Shown: positions 20,000 to 20,000 of the stretch, piece by piece
Layout of the letters: the number at the start of each line of letters is the position of its first letter
How positions within the stretch are numbered: position 1 is the first letter of the stretch
IMG/VR virus record: IMGVR_UViG_3300030202_003277
Strand: one strand, 5' to 3'
From: an uncultured virus (IMG/VR IMGVR_UViG_3300030202_003277)
Taxonomy: Duplodnaviria > Heunggongvirae > Uroviricota > Caudoviricetes
DNA length: 20,000 bases
Made by a program: the position numbers and the translations under genes
The notes under the pieces: generated by a model
Databases searched by the model: none
What the model saw: the letters and a program-made list of their open reading frames with translations, nothing else
What the model was told of the DNA's origin: nothing

Positions 20000-20000
20000 A

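Noticed and set aside
1..20000. Stop-codon reassignment (TAG or TGA), known in some Crassvirales
   Set aside because: Standard-code ORFs already tile the window almost completely. TGA (18077-18079) and TAG (18841-18843) behave as real stops with immediately coupled downstream starts, and reading through the TAG hits TGA two codons later.
1..20000. CRISPR arrays, tRNAs, introns/inteins, terminators, DGR repeats
   Set aside because: Intergenic gaps are at most about 22 bp, and I saw no repeat-spacer pattern or GC hairpin with a U-tract. There is no intein signature (no internal Cys in the large proteins and no LAGLIDADG motif recognised). Subtle dispersed repeats cannot be excluded without a self dot-plot.

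Overview
AT-rich, gene-dense, all plus-strand segment of a tailed phage genome, most consistent with a crAss-like (Crassvirales-related, Bacteroidota-infecting) virion module. Positions 1-17137 encode large, almost cysteine-free, probably ejected (cargo) proteins. These include a double-psi-beta-barrel virion RNA polymerase with the catalytic loop DADNDGDK and two paralogous HExxH zincin domains. The track ORFs 3501..7589 and 7631..13660 are very probably one gene of about 3385 aa, split only by a 10-N scaffold gap at 7527-7536. Its apparent architecture is a Gly-rich membrane/ejection domain, a charged linker, a GNAT-like domain, a zincin, and the RNAP. The only two cysteines I found in about 5700 cargo residues are the last residue of the RNAP protein and residue 3 of the next protein. 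Positions 17159-19999 hold four small, very Cys-rich structural genes (putative tail hub/adaptor paralogs and a fibre-like protein), preceded by a Bacteroidota-type promoter match. No tRNA, rRNA, CRISPR array or mobile element was recognised. All family assignments come from motif recognition, not database searches.
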